From Guillardia theta CCMP2712 (Eukaryota; Protista; Cryptophyta): a stretch of 64,000 bases of DNA. The notes beneath the pieces are model-generated. The model ran no database searches, was not told the origin of the DNA, and worked only from the letters and a program-made list of their open reading frames with translations. Shown here one piece after another: positions 37,547 through 48,658 of this stretch (positions within the stretch are counted from its first letter, which is position 1; each line of letters opens with the position of its first letter). Position numbers and translations under genes: made by a program. The stretch spans positions 319,747 through 383,746 of the forward strand of contig NW_005434608.1 in assembly GCF_000315625.1 (NCBI RefSeq), read 5' to 3'.

Positions 37547-38773
37547 CTTCTTCACCTCAGAGCTCGCAGGTCCTGTGGGTTGTGCTGGAAATGCTCCTTG
37601 AGGGTCTTGGAGTTGAGCAACTCAGACTCGATCTCCCTCAGCCTCGCGCGCTTGATCGCCAACTTGGTTACCCGCCTCAGACTGTCCTCTGCTCGATAAC
37701 GGAAGCCCTCCACCTGGAGCAGAAGTGAGGAGGGGGGCGAGGAGAAAAGGAGGAAGAAGAGCGAAGGAGGGGGAGAGGAGGAGAGGAGGAGAGAAGAGGA
37801 CAGTAAGCAAGAGCCCGGTGGAAGAGTAGAGCGCTTGAACAAGCAAAGGAGGAGGAGAAGGACGAGGAGAAGGAGGAGGAGGAGGAGGAGAAGGAGGAGT
37901 TTCACCTGCTGGAGGTTGAAAGGAAGCGGCTCGATCACTTGCATTCCTCTCTCCGCTTGCTTCCCCGCCAGTCCCTCAAGCCTTCCCACCTCCTCCGGGG
38001 ACACCAGCGACAGCGCTGTCCCGTTCTGCCCAGCTCGCGCAGTCCTCCCGACCCTGCCGAGCACACCCACCAGTTGTCAGCAACCCCAGCAGGAGCTCAC
38101 CAGGACTTCACCTGTGGGTGTAGGCGCGGAGGGTACGAGGGAGCTCGAAGTTGACGACCGCGTCAACGAGCTTGAAGTCAACCCCTCTCATCACCCCGTA
38201 CTCCCCGTCCTTGGCCGCCTGCAGGCCTCGCGCCGCCTGTTTCATCGCCTTCTTTGCCTTGCTCGGCTTGCCCTTCCCCGCCTCCTTCGCCTGCTCGATG
38301 ATCTCCCCCTGCCGCGCCAGCCGCTCCTCCTCCAGCTCTGCTGTCGCCTGAGGTCTGATGTGAGCGATGATGAGAGAAGAGGAAAGGAAGAAGAGGGGAG
38401 GAGAAGATCTGAAGTTTGTTACCTTTCCGTTGGCCTTATTCTTTGACGTCTTCTTTGAGGTTTTCTGCGATGCGTATCAAAACTTTGCACTCTCACGATG
38501 TTATCATTACATCATCAAGGTCGCGTTTTCCCGTCTTTTCTTCGACTTCTTCCTCTTCGCTTTCATCATCCTCGCTAGCTTCCTCCTCCTCCTCCTCCTC
38601 CTCGTCTTTCTCCTCCTCCTCCTCCTCCTCCTCCTCCTCCTCCTCCTCCTCCTCCTCCTCCTCCTCCTCCTTTGCTTGCTTCTTCTTTCCAGACTTGTCT
38701 TGCTTTTTCTGCTTTTGAATCTTCAAGCTTGCTTGCTTCTTCGTTGAGCCCTGTTTTTTTGACTTTTTGAGCG

Positions 38774-38815
<42 letters not shown>

Positions 38816-40264
38816 TGATAGCTTGTTTCTTCTTCCCCGACTTTCCTTTCGTCTCGACTTTGGCACTTGTTTTCTTCTTCTTTTTTGAGCTCTTCTTTGA
38901 ATCTTTTTCCTCCTCCTCCTCCTTCTCCTCCTCCTCGTTCTCTTTCTCTTTTTCCTCCTCCTCCTCGGGATCGCTCTCGAGAGCTTCATCCTCGTCTTTC
39001 TCAGCATTCCCAAGGCTCTCATCAGTTGCAATCACGTAGTTGTAGAACCCACGATTGAACCCCTGTATGATGCTCATCCTACTGTTCTGCGGCAGCTCAG
39101 AGTTCAGCACCGCCGCGCGGATCGAGAACTGCTCGAGGAAGAGCTTCAGCTCGTAGCAGCGATCCACGTCGTTGACGAAGAAGAGCACCTTCCCCTGCAG
39201 GATCCCCAGCTTCAGCAGCACGTAAGAGATCAGGAACTTGTCCCTCTGCGAGCAGCGCAGCGAGAATTGAGCAAGGCGGCCCTGCGCGCTCTCGTTGTCC
39301 TCCGCCTTCAGAGTCACGGGATTGTTCATCACCAGCGCCTGCAGCTTCTCCGTGTCCTCCGACAGCGTCGCCGACATGAGCATGCACTGGCAGATGTTGG
39401 GGAGGCTGCCCGCAATGCTCTTGATCTCGTCCTCGAACCCAAAGGACAACAGCAGATCAGCCTCGTCGAGGACAATCATCTCTGTGCTCTCCCTGAGCAG
39501 AACATTGTCAAGCTTTACGTGCTGGTCGAGGCGCGAGGGCGTCGCGATGAGGACGTGGGGCTTCGTGAGAAGGATCGACTTCTGGGCCGCAAGACTCTGA
39601 TCCGCCGTGATGGCAGCCAGAGTGACTGACGGAACGAAGAAACAGAGCTCGGAGAACACTTGTCTGACCTGCTCGACAAGCTCCCTCGTTGGGACAAGCA
39701 CGACTGCGACAGGTCCTGACCTCTCAATCCTGGTGTTCTTGTTGTAGCCCTCTGACTGGAGAATCTTCTGAAGGATCGGAAGCGCATACGCTCCTGTCTT
39801 GCCCGAGCCCGTCTTTGCCTTGGCCAGGATGTCCTTGCCCTGAAGGGCGAGAGGAATAGCTGCAAGAGAAGACAAGATAAGACATTCGAGAAGCAGGAGC
39901 AGGAGGAGCAGGAGGAGCAGGAGGAGCAGGAGCAGCAGCAGGAGCAGCAGGAGGAGGAGCAGGAGGAGGAGGATGAGGAGAAGAAGGAGACTCCTCCTGG
40001 AGAAGCAGGAGGAGCAGGAGGAGCAGGAGGAGCAGGAGGAGCAGGAGGAGTGGGAGGAGCAGGAGGAGCAGGAGGAGTGGGAGGAGCAGGAGGAAAGGCT
40101 CAACCTTGAGTTTGGATGAGAGTAGGTTGTTGCCAACCCATGTGCGCGATCGCCTTCTTCAGCCTGTCGTCAAGCGGGAGCGATGAAAACCCTTCCTGCA
40201 ACCAACGAGTGAGTGGACTGAGCTTGCAAAACTCAGAAGCTACATCCATCTCCATGGGCGCCAT
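36896..40264 (-). CDS. DDX56: DEAD-box RNA helicase DDX56/DBP9 (60S biogenesis)
   Basis: Motifs: [79 protein letters not shown]|[47 protein letters not shown] and DPLKTF. Confidence 0.95.
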
Positions 40265-41118
40265 GGCAAAGGCGAGGAATCAACTCAGTTGCGAGGAGAA
40301 GCTCCTGCCGGCGTGGGGTTGAACTTTTCACTTGCTGCGATCTGATGTACTTCAAACCTGCAGCATGAGGTTAGGAGAGTCAGTCGAGCAACTTGGCGGT
40401 GCCAGCTCCTAAAACATCCCCAACCCCTCCTCCGCTCTCAACCCCGAGCAGCAGAAATTCTCCATGATGCAAGACTTCAACCATAACCACCCTCCTCCTG
40501 CTCTGCTCCTCGTCTTCTCCCTCATCTTCACTTGTCCCAACCAGCTCATACTTGACATGTCCCTCCCTCTCCTCTCTCTCTTCCCCCTCACTACTCTCTC
40601 CTCCTCCTCCTCCTCCTCCTCCTCCCCCTCCCCCTACTCCTACTCCTACTCCTACTCCTACTACCACTAGTCTCCTCCTCCCCGTCCCCCCTCCCCTCCT
40701 CCTCCTCCACAACCTCCTCATTCCATTTCATTCCATCATGCCGCACGTGACAGCCGAAGGCCTCGTCCCCCCTCACCCCACCCGGCCTGCCGGTCCCGGG
40801 GCCGGGCACCGATACTGAAACTGCCGGGAAGAAGGGAGGAGGCAGTGGGAGGACATGAAGGAGGCTGGGGAGGAGAGGGGCGATGGGGGAAGGGGAAGGG
40901 GTGGGAGCAGGGGATAGAAAGAACTTTGGGAAAGGAGTGCATCCTTCATATGAGTCGGTAGAGGAGGGTCGACATTAGCTCCAGCTAGAAAGAGTAGAAT
41001 TAACGTTGAGAATGAGAGACGCTCGGCGTGGCTGCTGCCTTGCTGCTCTTGCTTCCAACCTGCTGACTCATGAAACATCAGTCGCAGCATGCCGAGCCCA
41101 GGGATGAAAGCGATTGCA

Positions 41119-44100
41119 GAAAGCTCCTTTCGCAAGGATAGGGACAACGATGAAGCGTCTCATGGTATGATGGCGAGTTGAGTGATCTCCTGTCGTTCTG
41201 ACTTGAAGTTCCACCATGCAGCGACATTGAACATCTGGGGAGGGAGCTGTGCTCTTATGGACATCGTGTGGCTTGCATTCCTTGTGTTCAAGGCCTCGAG
41301 ACGACGTAGGGACAAAGAGCTGTCTCATCCAGAGGTCTAGGACATGCCGTCCCTCCTGTTTCATGTGATAGCCTAGCAGGAACTCTTTCCCATGATAGGG
41401 ATCATGTTGTCTGTGCTGCTGCTGGCCAACATCTTCTCCGCTTTCATGGTCCTCGGCTTGGCTTGCTGTGATTGCCTGACGCACGTGCAGCGCGGGGTGA
41501 AGATGCATGTGGCGAGGACGTTGCTGAGAGCGAAGAACTGCATCGTCTTTGTCTGGGCGAGTCTCGCTGCGGTAGGACATGACAGCTTGCGATGGTTGAT
41601 GGCATGCCGAAGTCAATGATGCGTCTCATCCCAACGATTATACGAGAAATGGGAGAGGGTTGAATATCTGGTGTTGGTCCTTTAGTGACCGAAGACGATG
41701 GCTTCCATGTTGATAGTGTGATCTACTTTCATGCTCTTGTGCTCTTCCTTGATGGATGTCTGGTCTCCTCGTTCTTGCAGTAGCCATCAAAGTTGATTGC
41801 TCGAACCCTGACGATAGTTGCCTCTGCTTTCAGGACACGCAAGACATGATGCATCAAAAAGAAAGATACGTCCAAACCTTGGTCATGATCGAGGTCTTGT
41901 TCCCCACGAGCCTTACTGGTGGAACTGACTTCATGCGTTCCAGGTGTTGGGTGGACATCTCGTCTTCAGGCAGAAATCCGAGCACGTCTTTTGGTTCCTC
42001 CTGTTGTCTTGGGCTTCTGCTATTCCATGGAGAGAGATATTTACCAGTCCCGTAAGACCCGCACCGAGTTTAAATGATGCTCGTCTCACACCTGATCCTA
42101 CCCAGTCAACCATGTCTGCACAGACGATGTCGATAACAAGTTGAGTTTGCTAGTTGCGTCCGTATGGTTTTGACCTGATGGTTCAGGTGAACTCGCCGAT
42201 ATGATGGGCAACCAAACAAAGCTGCTGGACCTTGAGCAGAGGGTGAGATGTCTTGAAGGACGAGAGGGCTGGGAATGACGCGCGTTGCTGTCAGAACGGC
42301 GTGTTGGGGAGACTGGGAGCTAACATCTTCTTCTACTTTGTGATTGAAAGGATCCACACGTCAGTCAGGAGAGCCTGGATCCTGCAAGTTCACAAGCCAG
42401 GGCACGTGCTCGGGGGGATCTTGTCGGAGATCGGGAAGGAGGAGAAGGAGGAGGACGATGATGAGAAAACGCTGCGAGCAGTCAACGAGTGGGACAGATA
42501 CTACTCGGATGAGGAGCTCTTGCTGCTGGAGAAGGAGGTGAGGGAGGCGGGGAAGGTATGCAACAGCGACAGTGAACCACGTGTGCAGTCGAAGATCAAG
42601 GAGGAGAAGGAGCGATCAGGTGAAAGCCGACGAGAACATGGGATGGGGAGGGGGTAACTGATTGTTGTTGACAGTCGTGGAGTTTAGAAAGACAGACATC
42701 CTGGTGCTGTTGTTGCTTTATTGGTTGTGTGTCTGTTGACGCTCCTTTACCAGCTCGGCAGCGGGTCGTTTGGCAGTGTTTACAGGGTCTGTGATGGCTG
42801 CCGAGAGTCGCTCTTGTGACGTGAAGGGCAGGCGGTAGATTGCAGAACATCCCAACACCTCGCTGTGAAGACTGTGCCGCTGAAAGTGAGACAAGAATAG
42901 GCTCCTCTGCTGATAAGATCATCTTTATGCTCTTTACGATGATGATGATTAGAGCAATGATGAGAACGATGTCGATGATGATGATAATAACGATGATGAT
43001 AACGACGACGATGATGACGATAGCAACATGATCGTAGAGGTGTTGATAGCAACATGATCGTAGAGTTGTTGTGATCTTGAGGTCGCCTTTCTGGCTTGAG
43101 GCTCATTGGCGATGCTCACAGCACGATCGATCTGTGCGAGGGGACAAGGAGCTCATGAACGAGTTGAGCACGATGAAGGTGAGGAGACAACCTTGCTGCT
43201 CGAGGGTTGACTGCAGCAGAAACTCTCTCATCGCAACATCGTCTGCTACCTCGGCACTGAGATACGAGACGACGAGCTCCTGCTGGTTATGGAGTATTGC
43301 GCCGGAGGAAGGTGAGGAAGGGGGCTGAAGGAGGGATGCGGAGTGGAGGAGGAAGGAAGGGGAGGGAGAGGAAGAGGAGGGGCTGGCGTGAAAGTGTCGC
43401 TGCAGCCTTGCCTCGATACTGCATGGGATGGGAGCGATAGACGAGAACATTGCGAGGATCTACACGAGAGATCTCGTGGAGGTGAGCTGGACTAGTTTGG
43501 GAGCCCTTGTGGAGACTGTGGAGCTGACTGGCGAGATGTGCCAGGGTTTGAACTACCTGCACAGAAACTACATGGTGCACAGGTGAGAAGGTCTGAATGG
43601 TGTTGAATAGCTCGTCATGGTCGGGCAGGGACATCAAGTCGAGCAACTGCCTCCTGTCATCGGATGGCGTGATGAAACTAGCTGACTTCGGGGCTGTAAG
43701 ACTTTACCGCTCTCTGCTGTCAGCGCTTGACGAACTTGTCCTGGGCAGACGAAATCTCTCAACAGCGCCAGTACCAACGACCTCCAGGGAACTCCGGGAT
43801 ACATGGCACCTGAGGTATGATCAAGGAGTGCGGCAGGAAGTTGGTTGACTTGAGCAGGTGCTGTGGAGCAAGACTCTGCATCGTCAGAGTGACGTGTGGA
43901 GCCTCGGGTGAATATTCAACATGATCTTGATGACGATAAGATTTGTTGTTGATGATGACGATGATGTGCGATGATGTCTTGGTGTTCTTGTTCTTGTTCT
44001 TGTTCTTGTTCTTGTTCTTGTTCTTGTTCTTGTTCTTGTTCTTGTTCTTGTTCTTGTTCTTGTTCTTGTTCTTGTTCTTGTTCTTGTTCTTGTTCTTGTT

Positions 44101-44693
44101 CTTGTTCTTGTTCTTGTTCTTGTTCTTGTTCTTGTTCTTGTTCTTGTTCTCCTTGTGGTGCCCTGTTGTTGGGAGTTGTTGATGCGAGAAAGTTGATGCT
44201 GAGTTTGCTATTTTCTCTTGCAGATGTTGTGTGTTGGAGATGTTAACCCTCGAACTTCCCTATGGAGCTGCAAACTACGATCAACAGCTTCAGCTGCATT
44301 ATCTTTATCGTTTAGCACAGGTTTGTTTGCTGCTCTCCTCCCCTCCTTTCCCCTCTCCTCTCCCCTCCCCTCCCCTCTCCTCTCCTCTCCTCTCCTCTCC
44401 TCTCCTCTCCTCTCCTCTCCTCTTCTAACTTTCTCTCTTGGTCTTTACTATCTTTCCGTTCTCTCATCGCTCTCATGTCAGGAACGTGACGATCCACACC
44501 TCCCTGGCTCGCTGAGTGAGGACGCGAGAGAATTTATCAAGAAATGTCTACGGGTTGTAGCGAGGGGAAGAGGGGGATGGGGGATGGGAGGGGGTTGGGA
44601 AGAGGAGGGGGGCTGTAAGAGGAGGTGTGTGCTGTGGTAGTCTAATGAGGTTTGAAGGTGGACCCATCTCTGAGAAGCAACACATTGAAGCTC
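41119..44693 (+). CDS. STE11/MAP3K-like Ser/Thr kinase with N-terminal hydrophobic (TM) segments; 3' end interrupted by gap
   Basis: Kinase motifs: LGSGSFGSVY, LAVK, ELMNELSTMK|KLSHRNIVCYLG, VMEYCAGG|SL, YTRDLVE|GLNYLH..MVHR|DIKSSNCLL, KLADFGA, GTPGYMAPE, SDVWSLG|CCVLEM and LSEDAREFIKKCL. The kinase (42752-44693) is certain; the 5' extent is uncertain. Confidence 0.8.
43985..44149 (+). repeat. (TTCTTG)n hexamer, ~27 copies, kinase intron
   Basis: Read directly. Confidence 0.97.
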
Positions 44694-44793
44694 NNNNNNN
44701 NNNNNNNNNNNNNNNNNNNNNNNNNNNNNNNNNNNNNNNNNNNNNNNNNNNNNNNNNNNNNNNNNNNNNNNNNNNNNNNNNNNNNNNNNNNNN
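44694..44793. other. assembly gap (100 N)
   Basis: Run of N followed by low-quality A/T homopolymer runs. Confidence 0.99.
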
Positions 44794-45414
44794 ATAAAAA
44801 AAAAAAAAAAGATAATTTTTTTTTTTTTTTATTTTTTCATAGGCATAACCCTCAGGGACATCATAATCTACTTCCACCTACTCCTCCTCCTCGTCCTCGT
44901 CGTCCTCCTTTTACTCCTCATCTGCTTTTCTCCTCCCCCCTCCACTCACTCCTCCTCCTCCTCTGACTCCTCCTCCTCCCCTTACTCCTCCCCTGCTTTT
45001 CTTTTTCTGCTCCCTTCTCATTCCTTTCATTCCTCGATTTCCTACTTGCTAACTTCTCCCGCGCTCCTCTTTACCCCCCCCCCTCTCACTGAAAAACATC
45101 GTTACTGCGCTGCTCCTGCTTCTGCTACGTCTCCTGCATTTTGACTGGTCGATGTTGAGCAGACAAGTTTTGTGAAAGGCGGTGACGAGGCTCACGTGAA
45201 GGCAACAAGGATAAAAGCATGTGAGAGAGAGGAGGAGTTGAGGGGGAGATCGAGGAGGCAAGGAAGATTCAGGAAGGAGGGAGGGAAAATTTTCAGGGGT
45301 GTGTCGAGAGGGGAGAAGGAGGAAGTTGATGAACAGAAATGCGGTCGTCTTCACACAGACACTGTGTGCATCGCAACTTTAGCTGAATCGTCTTGTTTGT
45401 GTTGCTGGTTGCAG

Positions 45415-47310
45415 ATGACAGCGCAAGGAGGTTGTTGGGTATGCTCGTTGAGCGTCGGGGAGCACTCGGGTGACTTGTTGCCTGCCAGGCGTCACGGAGG
45501 AAGAGGAGATGCCAGGGGAAGAAAGCATCGGGGGGTTTGTTAGGTGATGCCCCTTGTTTGTAAGAGAGTTGAAGTGATGATAAGGACAGGTTGCCTCGAT
45601 TCCATGAGATCAGACGCATCATCTACAACAAGATTGACAAGTTTGAGGGCTGGAGTAAACAAGATTCGATGTGCTGCCCTGTGTTGCTTTCCCCCGCTTC
45701 CTCTAACTTCATTTGCACCTGCAGCATGATGAGCGTCTACTCAAAGACGATCAAGCAACACAAGCTGCGACAAGTCGACATGCAGCGTTGGAGCGACTGA
45801 AAGGTTGACACGATGTGATAACAGGTTCAAAGCATCCTCTGCTTCCTTCAACCCATCGTCACTTGTTTCGGTAAATCAAAAATTTTCCATGGTAGTGATC
45901 AGTCAATCTGATTGTTCATTGTCAGTTCTTTACGACATCTTCTCTAAACCTTTTCCTGAGCCGATAGTAGAGAAGGTTTGTTACCTTCTCCTCCTCCACC
46001 ACCATCACCACCACCTCCATCATACCTTAACATCATTTCTGTGTAGTTGCAAACTCTGAGCCTCCTCGGTCTTCAAGTCTTCTGGAATTATTTTGTCTAC
46101 CTACAGAAAGGTACAGGCCATCGGTTGTCTCTGTTGGCCTGAGGTCCTCTCAGTCCCCCTGGAGCAAGCAGAGCTCATCTTCAGCGTCATGGTGCGTCTG
46201 CCACTCACTCCCTCGCCCGTGACGATCAGTTGACAGCTCAACGTGACGCGTTTCTTCTGCGTCTTGTTTCACTGTGAGTGGGTCCTGTCTTGGTGAACCC
46301 TCGGACCTGACGCCTCCCAGTCATCTTCTGGAACGTTCCCGACTCTCTCTTCAACCTCTTGATCCTCACATGCGCATCGAGCGGTACCTCAGCCTGTCCA
46401 TCGATCGATCTCACGCATTGCTAGTCGCCGACATCTTCCCGACAAACCTCGAACATTGGATGTGGATTGTGTTCTTGACGGCTGTTCGCTGCCTCCGGTG
46501 ACGTCTGGTCCGTCAAGGCTGATCGAACTAAAGATGATTCACAGGGTGGTGGGCGAGATCCTGACGGACGTGATGCGGGGAGGCAAGAACTCTCATTTCC
46601 TCTCATCTCTTGGCTTACTTGTCCTGTCTCTCATCTCTTGACTTACTTGTCCTATTTCTCATCTCTTGACTTACTTGTCCTATTTCTCATCTCTTGACTT
46701 ACTTGTCCTATTTCTGATCTCTTGACTTGTCTTTTCTTTCATACCTTGTTTCTCATATCTTCTCTCTTTCAGAGACAGATCAGCCAGGCAGAACGGAAGA
46801 CAATATTCTACGGTGAGACTTGACACTTCCTTTCCTCTACATTTTCCCTCCCCTCCCTTCCCCTCCCTTCATCCTCCTCTCTCCCTCCTCCCTCGCTCCT
46901 GACCCTCTTCCTCCTTCCTATGCTTCTCCCCCCCCCCTCTCGTTCTCCTGCTCCGTGCTCTCGTCCTGGTGATCATCCTCGTCCTCACATCTGCTGATCT
47001 CTGACTGGCAGCATTGTCATCCACCTGGTTGCGGTTGCGGTCACCCTTCACCTCTCAAGGCTCTGGAGGCTCGAAGACAAGTATCATCTCCTGCCATGCC
47101 CCTCCTTTCATAGTCCCCTACCAGCTCTCACCTTTCCTGCTATCCTCCACTGCTCAGCATCACATCTACTCTTCCTCCTCTCCTTTCGACCCTCTCCCGT
47201 CTGCCCATGGCCATCCCTTGTTCCCACCGCATCTTTTGACTGCCCTGCTGCAGAAGCCTCTTCCGCAAGATCATGAGCATGCAGAAGAAGAAGAGATAGA
47301 AGATGAATAA
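45415..47310 (+). CDS. hypothetical multi-exon membrane protein
   Basis: About 15 short exons chain with matching phases, for example LPRFHEIRRIIYNKIDKF, VQSILCFLQPIVTCF, LSLLGLQVFWNYFVYL, LNVTRFFCVLFHFIFWNVPDSLFNLLIL, ending EEEEIEDE*. No family recognised. Confidence 0.6.
46601..46731 (+). repeat. 28-bp tandem repeat TCTCATCTCTTGACTTACTTGTCCTATT x~4.5, intronic
   Basis: Units start at 46601, 46629, 46657, 46685 and 46713. Confidence 0.9.
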
Positions 47311-47409
47311 ACAAGATGTTATGTGTGTTCTATAGACATTTACATGATTGCACATTCCTCACCCTGCCTCCCACATTCTCCCTTCCTTTCCCTCGACCTC
47401 TTCCTTCTT

Positions 47410-48438
47410 CTATTCCACCACCGAAAGTTCTCCAAGTATGCTTCTCAGCATCTTCGACGGTCCAAGAGCAGCAAACAGCGAGCGATTTCCCATCCGAAGC
47501 TCCCCATCCTGCGTACTAGCGCGTCAGTCTTTGCCTTTCTACCCCTCTTCGTCGTCGTCGTCATCATCATCCTCGTCCTCGTTCAATCCCCTTCCGCCCT
47601 CCTTGTCAACATTCTCGTTGTTCGGCCTCCCTCCTGCTCGCATGCTCGCATGCTCGACTAACTCACCACAAACTCTTCTCTTGCATCTCGCACGAAAAAC
47701 GTGGGCAATCCCTTCCTCTTCACCTGCACCGACTGTATGGTAAGAGATAGAAATGGCGGCAGGCAAACTAGGGAGAGACAGCGCTTCGCTCAAACTCCAT
47801 GTTACCCATGGATGAACTTTCACAGCAAGGACACATCAACTTTCACAGCAAGGACACATCAACTTTCACAGCAAGGACACAAGACTTGTAGCACTACAGA
47901 CCGACGAAAAGAGGAGCAAGCTGCATTTCTGCCTCTACTCCCCTACCTGCTTCTGCGCCGCCAGCATGCTCTCTTCGTCTGCGACCTCTAGGATGATCTT
48001 CTTCTGCCCTGCATCCTCCCAAGACTTTACGATCCCAATGTTCTTCCTCCACAGCCTCCTGTAGATCCCCACCGTCGCATGTCCACACTGCAAAGCAAGC
48101 TTGCCCGGCGACATGTCCAGGTCTTTGCGGCATACTAGCACCATTTCGATGGTGTCGCCTGGCTCGCCGAGGTAGTGCTCTCCTATGAAGCCGATGTCCT
48201 TCTCGCCGTCCCGACGAGCCTCGGAGAGGTCCAGCACACATATGAACCAGCCGACGTTGTAAAAGATGAAGCCTGAAACTAGCGCAGAGAGCATGGAGGA
48301 TGGAACGCATTGGTTTTCGGGCAGGAGCACGAGCAGGAAGCCCCACACACTCTCGAGGACGTGGGTGAAGGAGAGGAGCTGGGCGAGGGCAGCAAGAAGC
48401 GCTACAGCACCTGCATACTTCCACAGGTTCGCTGGCAT
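47410..48438 (-). CDS. PTH2: peptidyl-tRNA hydrolase 2 (PTH2)-like protein with N-terminal TM segments
   Basis: Spliced reading: MVLVCRKDLDMSPGKLALQCGHA, WEDAGQKKIILEV, then VKRKGLPTFFVRDAREEFV|DGELRMGNRSLFAALGPSKMLRSILGELSVVE*. Confidence 0.85.
47815..47881 (+). repeat. 23-bp tandem repeat AACTTTCACAGCAAGGACACATC x3, PTH2 intron
   Basis: Read directly. Confidence 0.92.
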
Positions 48439-48658
48439 GGAAGTTGGCCCGTACCTAGCGAACCCTCGTATGCATTAGAGGGAAGGACTGACAAGTCTGC
48501 GGGCCCCGGGTCCGGGCTCGAGTCCCGAGGGCCCTTATTAGTAAGTGACACCGTCTGAGGGAATACTAACGGGAGTAACCGGCGACCAGTACTTGGGCGT
48601 TGGCTACCGTTCATGGCAGGAAGGAAGCGAGCAGCTGCAAGCGGCAGTTCGAGAGGGC

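Noticed and set aside
43943-44246. FLFL and CSCS repeat ORFs (metallothionein-like)
   Set aside because: They come from (TTCTTG)n inside the kinase intron between SDVWSLG and CCVLEM.
44794-44840. Poly-A/poly-T hairpin or retroposon tail
   Set aside because: It directly abuts the N gap and is most likely low-quality contig-end sequence.
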